Shown here piece by piece: positions 60,555 to 64,000 of a stretch of DNA of 64,000 nt. The notes under the pieces are model-generated. The model searched no databases. It was given only the letters and a program-made list of their open reading frames with translations, and was not told the DNA's origin. This stretch comes from Spirochaetota bacterium (GTDB taxonomy: Bacteria > Spirochaetota > JAHITG01 > JAFGFC01), in contig JAFGFC010000001.1 of the NCBI GenBank assembly GCA_016931325.1, positions 1,419-65,418 on the forward strand, written 5' to 3'. The position numbers and the translations under genes are program-made. The stretch's first letter is position 1. The number at the start of each line of letters is the position of its first letter.

Positions 60555-61960
60555 GAATAAGCGATGCCCAAAAAAAGATAAAAGGACATATCCCTGACCA
60601 TGTACAGGAACTGGCCGGAAAATTTATTTCGTCTCATTATCAGGTCTATCTTGTCGGTGGTATTTTAAGGGATATTCTGCTTGACCGGGATTTTGACAAG
60701 AAAGAGATAGACCTGGCTACCAACGCTCATCCTGATGACGTTAAAAATATATTCAAGAAAGTAATTCCCACTGGCATCAAACATGGCACGGTCACTGTCC
60801 TCTACAAGACCATTCATTTCGAGGTGACCACTTTCCGGTTGGACGGCCAGTATTCAGATGGCAGACATCCTGACCGGATCAGCTATGCTGACACCATCGA
60901 AGAGGACCTCAAAAGGCGTGATTTTACCATTAACGCCTTTGCTTATGATCTGAAGGATCATACTTTTATTGATCTTTTCAAAGGCCTGGATGATCTGAAA
61001 AAGGGTATTATCCGCACGATCGGCCCGCCGGAGGAACGGTTCAAGGAAGATGGACTTCGTTTAATGAGGGCGATCCGGTTTTCCACCATCCTCGGGTTCA
61101 AGATCGAACCTGTAACTTTCAGGGGAATTGAAAAAAGCATTGATATGTTGCATCATGTGTCTGCCGAGAGGATCAGGGATGAACTTGTAAAGATTTTGCA
61201 GTCAGAAAAACCTTCCATAGGACTGGAACTGGCGCGCGCCAGCGGTATCTTAAGGATCATCCTGCCTGAACTATTGACCGGGTTCGGGATCGATCAGAAC
61301 AAGTTCCATAAATTTGACGTTTATCATCACAACCTCTCCACCTGTGATGCGGCTCCCAAGGGGAATCTGGCTGTCAGGCTGGCTTCACTTTTTCATGACA
61401 TAAGCAAACCGGCCACAAAGCAGACTCCTCAGGATGACAGCAAAGAATCCACTTTTTATAATCATGAAGTGATAGGAGCCATTGTAACCAAAAAGATATT
61501 AAAACGATTAAAATTTTCTAACGAGATCATTGAAAAAGTGATGAAACTTATTCGTCACCATATGTTCTTTTATACAGAAGAATGGACGGACTCGGCCGTA
61601 AGGCGGTTTATTCGCAAGGTGGGTCTGGACCTTTTAAAGGACCTTTTTCTCTTGCGTGAAGCCGACAGGATAGGGGGCGGGATCAAAAAGGGGAATTCCT
61701 ATCATTTAAAAAAGCTGCAGAAACATATTGACCGGATACTGGAAGAAGAAAATGCGTTTTCTCTTAAGGATTTGAAAGTGAATGGTCATGATGTGATGAA
61801 AATAAAAAACATCCCTCCTTCTTCAGAAGTGGGCACGATCCTGAATTATCTTTTAGAACGGGTTCTTGACCATCCTGAAGACAATGAGAAGGAAACCCTG
61901 AAGAGACTGATCAGGGAATATCCTTTGCAGAAACCTTCCCGGAAGAAAAATAATCTTTGA
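60551..61960 (+). CDS. cca: CCA-adding tRNA nucleotidyltransferase with HD domain
   Basis: Pol-beta-like head (YLVGGILRDILLDRDFDKKEIDLAT). RRDFTINA. The C-terminal HD region is HHNLSTCD...FHDISK. Confidence 0.8.
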   Translation: MRISDAQKKIKGHIPDHVQELAGKFISSHYQVYLVGGILRDILLDRDFDKKEIDLATNAHPDDVKNIFKKVIPTGIKHGTVTVLYKTIHFEVTTFRLDGQYSDGRHPDRISYADTIEEDLKRRDFTINAFAYDLKDHTFIDLFKGLDDLKKGIIRTIGPPEERFKEDGLRLMRAIRFSTILGFKIEPVTFRGIEKSIDMLHHVSAERIRDELVKILQSEKPSIGLELARASGILRIILPELLTGFGIDQNKFHKFDVYHHNLSTCDAAPKGNLAVRLASLFHDISKPATKQTPQDDSKESTFYNHEVIGAIVTKKILKRLKFSNEIIEKVMKLIRHHMFFYTEEWTDSAVRRFIRKVGLDLLKDLFLLREADRIGGGIKKGNSYHLKKLQKHIDRILEEENAFSLKDLKVNGHDVMKIKNIPPSSEVGTILNYLLERVLDHPEDNEKETLKRLIREYPLQKPSRKKNNL

Positions 61961-61992
61961 CATAAAGAATTTTCTGTGCTATATTATTTTAT

Positions 61993-63288
61993 ATGAATAT
62001 CATATCCTTTACTGTGCTGACGTTCTACACTTCTCTATTGTTTTTTATCTTTTTTCTTTTTTCTACACTGGTGAATCTTGATAAGGATAAAAAAGGGTTT
62101 TCCTATGCTTTTTTCTTCTTTTCCCTTTCCCTGATCGTCTTTGGGCAGTATAAACTGGAAGCGTTACCAGAGAGCATGGAGATGATAACTTTCTGGGCGA
62201 AAATAAGGGGAGCCGGAGCTATTTCCCTTATCCTTTCCTTTCCTCTGGCCGTGAGGACATTTTTTAATTCCAGGTTTCCGAAAGGGTATTTTTATTTTCT
62301 AATCATCTCGTTTACGGCCTTAATGGGTATTCTTTTCCCCACCGACCTGGTTATATCCGACAAGATTATTAAAATGGGATATTTGCCGACCGGGGGACCG
62401 GGGGATTTGTATATTATATTTCAGAGCCTTTTAGCGGGTGTCATCATTTATGAGATCGTTAATTTAATCAATTTGTACCATAGTATGATCAGAGAAAAAA
62501 AATATATTGGTGCTCTTTTATTTGGTATGATCATAGCAGCCCTAACAGGTTTTTATGATCTGTTCGGGCCGTTCTTCAATTTTTCCCTTCCTACAATTCC
62601 CAGCATGATAACCTATGGTTTATTCGCCTTGATCATGACCATTGGAACAGTCTTTATCTGGAGGTATTTTGATATTCTGTATAATCTCCAGAACAGTGAA
62701 AAACAGATCAGAAAGCTGTTAGAAAAGTCAAGGATGGAGACATTAGAACTGCTGGAGTTGATCACATCCGCTGTTGAAGCCAGAGACAAGTATACAGCGG
62801 GACATTCCCGGCGGGTCATGGAATATGCTCTAAAGATCGCTGATGTTTTAAACCTGCAGGAAGAAGAGAAACGCCTTTTAAAAACAGCCTGCATGCTTCA
62901 TGATATAGGAAAGATCGGTATCCCGGAATCTATACTCAATAAACCGGGAAAGCTGACAACAGAGGAGTACAGTGAGATCAAGAAACACCCTGTCATTGGC
63001 GTTGAGATATTAAGTCATTTTCATTATTTTGTTAAACTGTTGCCCTATATCTATCATCATCACGAAAGAGTTGACGGGATGGGATATCCCAAAGGCATAA
63101 AAAAAGAGCGGATCCCTTTATTATCCAGGATCATTGCTGTGGCTGATACTTTTGATGCTTTAACCTCGGACAGGCCTTACAGAAAAGCCATGCCGGTGAC
63201 GAAAGCCATACAAGTTCTGGAGGATGTCAAGGGAACACAGCTTGATTCCCAGATCGTCAATATTCTTTTAAATATTATCCATCATTAA
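61993..63288 (+). CDS. membrane-bound HD-GYP domain protein (predicted c-di-GMP phosphodiesterase)
   Basis: Six or so N-terminal TM helices. The C-terminal HD-GYP domain has GHSRRVMEYA, HDIGKIGIP, HHER and GMGYPKG. Confidence 0.8.
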   Translation: MNIISFTVLTFYTSLLFFIFFLFSTLVNLDKDKKGFSYAFFFFSLSLIVFGQYKLEALPESMEMITFWAKIRGAGAISLILSFPLAVRTFFNSRFPKGYFYFLIISFTALMGILFPTDLVISDKIIKMGYLPTGGPGDLYIIFQSLLAGVIIYEIVNLINLYHSMIREKKYIGALLFGMIIAALTGFYDLFGPFFNFSLPTIPSMITYGLFALIMTIGTVFIWRYFDILYNLQNSEKQIRKLLEKSRMETLELLELITSAVEARDKYTAGHSRRVMEYALKIADVLNLQEEEKRLLKTACMLHDIGKIGIPESILNKPGKLTTEEYSEIKKHPVIGVEILSHFHYFVKLLPYIYHHHERVDGMGYPKGIKKERIPLLSRIIAVADTFDALTSDRPYRKAMPVTKAIQVLEDVKGTQLDSQIVNILLNIIHH

Positions 63289-63313
63289 GATCTCCCCTCT
63301 TTTTTAGTTTTTC

Positions 63314-63373
63314 GTTCATTGTTCATAGTTCTTAGTTTTTTAAATCATGAACGATGAACCAAGAACCATGAAC
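63314..63373 (+). repeat. inverted array of 7-bp-spaced GTTCWT heptamers
   Basis: Left arm: GTTCAT (63314), GTTCAT (63321), GTTCTT (63328). AT-rich centre AGTTTTTTAAATC. Right arm, in reverse-complement orientation: ATGAAC (63347), ATGAAC (63354), AAGAAC (63361), ATGAAC (63368). Confidence 0.7.
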
Positions 63374-63384
63374 TAATAAATTAC

Positions 63385-63415
63385 TTGCCAAAGAAATAAA
63401 ATTGTATATAATAGG
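63385..63415 (+). promoter_or_regulatory. sigma-70-type promoter (TTGCCA-17/18-TATAAT) upstream of lspA
   Basis: TTGCCA at 63385-63390. A TATAAT-like element lies around 63408-63414. AGGAAGG RBS precedes ATG 63439. Confidence 0.55.
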
Positions 63416-63438
63416 GTGACATTTATAAGGAAGGTGTC

Positions 63439-63975
63439 ATGAATATAAAAGAATTTGTTCGTCATGAAAAAGTCCTCTTCTTAACTGTGATCGGGGTTAT
63501 TTTATTTGACAAGATCACCAAGATAGCAGTCAAACATTCATTTCTTCTGGGCGAGAGTAAAAAGGTGCTGGGTAATTTTTTCCGGTTGACCTTTATTGAA
63601 AATACCGGTATCGCTTTCGGTCTTTTTTCGCAGTCCAGCCATCCTTTGAAATCGATCGTTCTTTTGATCCTTTCGCTGATTGCCTTATATTTTATTATCT
63701 CAATTTATATCAGGTCTGAAAAAACCTTTCTCTTGCAGATATGCTTTGGATTGATCCTGGGAGGGGCTTTTGGTAATGTTTATGACCGAATCGTATACGG
63801 CAAAGTAGTTGATTTTCTTGATTTTGGCATAGGGACTCACAGATGGCCTTTCTTTAATATAGCTGACTCTTCTATTACGATAGGTGTGATTATGCTTGTT
63901 ATTCTTACAACATTTTTTCAACCCAAACAGAAGGATAAAAAAGCCAGAGTTAAAAAGAAAAAGCGAAAGACCTGA
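63439..63975 (+). CDS. lspA: lipoprotein signal peptidase II
   Basis: Four TM helices. Conserved FNIADSSITIG, VYDRI and VVDFLDF motifs. Confidence 0.85.
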   Translation: MNIKEFVRHEKVLFLTVIGVILFDKITKIAVKHSFLLGESKKVLGNFFRLTFIENTGIAFGLFSQSSHPLKSIVLLILSLIALYFIISIYIRSEKTFLLQICFGLILGGAFGNVYDRIVYGKVVDFLDFGIGTHRWPFFNIADSSITIGVIMLVILTTFFQPKQKDKKARVKKKKRKT

Positions 63976-64000
63976 ATAAAAGGAGACATGTTATGAGACC

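Overview
This 64 kb window is low-GC bacterial chromosome, densely packed with mostly housekeeping genes. Gene content indicates a diderm cell envelope: TolC, an RND efflux pump, MlaDEF, LolCDE-like, LspA and a T9SS-type C-terminal sorting domain. A small Bacteroidetes-style histone-H1-like ORF, the T9SS tail and canonical TTGACA/TATAAT promoters suggest an uncultured FCB-group-like lineage, though this is inference. Recognisable genes include proA, nadD, rsfS, a GAF/PAS histidine kinase with a sigma-54 (NtrC-type) response regulator, and a tetR-tolC-MFP-RND efflux operon with a promoter and dual operators. Also present are aspS, phoH-pgpH-ybeY-recO, alr, lolCDE-like, queH, malic enzyme, gyrB, mlaDEF, glyA, cysE-cysS, glgP plus a GH13 enzyme, PPi-PFK, cca, an HD-GYP protein, lspA, and one tRNA-Val(TAC). 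I found no CRISPR array, transposase, integrase or reverse transcriptase. The most interesting locus is a tight four-gene co-directional cluster (15380-22478) ending at the tRNA-Val. It encodes a PEP-utilising ATP-grasp protein with a KaiC-like N-terminal region lacking a P-loop, a PilZ-TM-coiled-coil-TPR protein, an HhH plus RNase-H-like exonuclease (MrfB/YprB-like), and a DEAH helicase with a C-terminal 4-Cys DUF1998 (MrfA/YprA-like). It is followed by a two-gene insert (FMN-binding protein plus a minimal ParB N-domain protein) beside the tRNA. Other items worth a second look are an exported Memo-AMMECR1 fusion coupled to queH, a TM-TPR-Mrr_cat protein with a QxR catalytic motif, and an inverted array of GTTCWT heptamers upstream of the lspA promoter.
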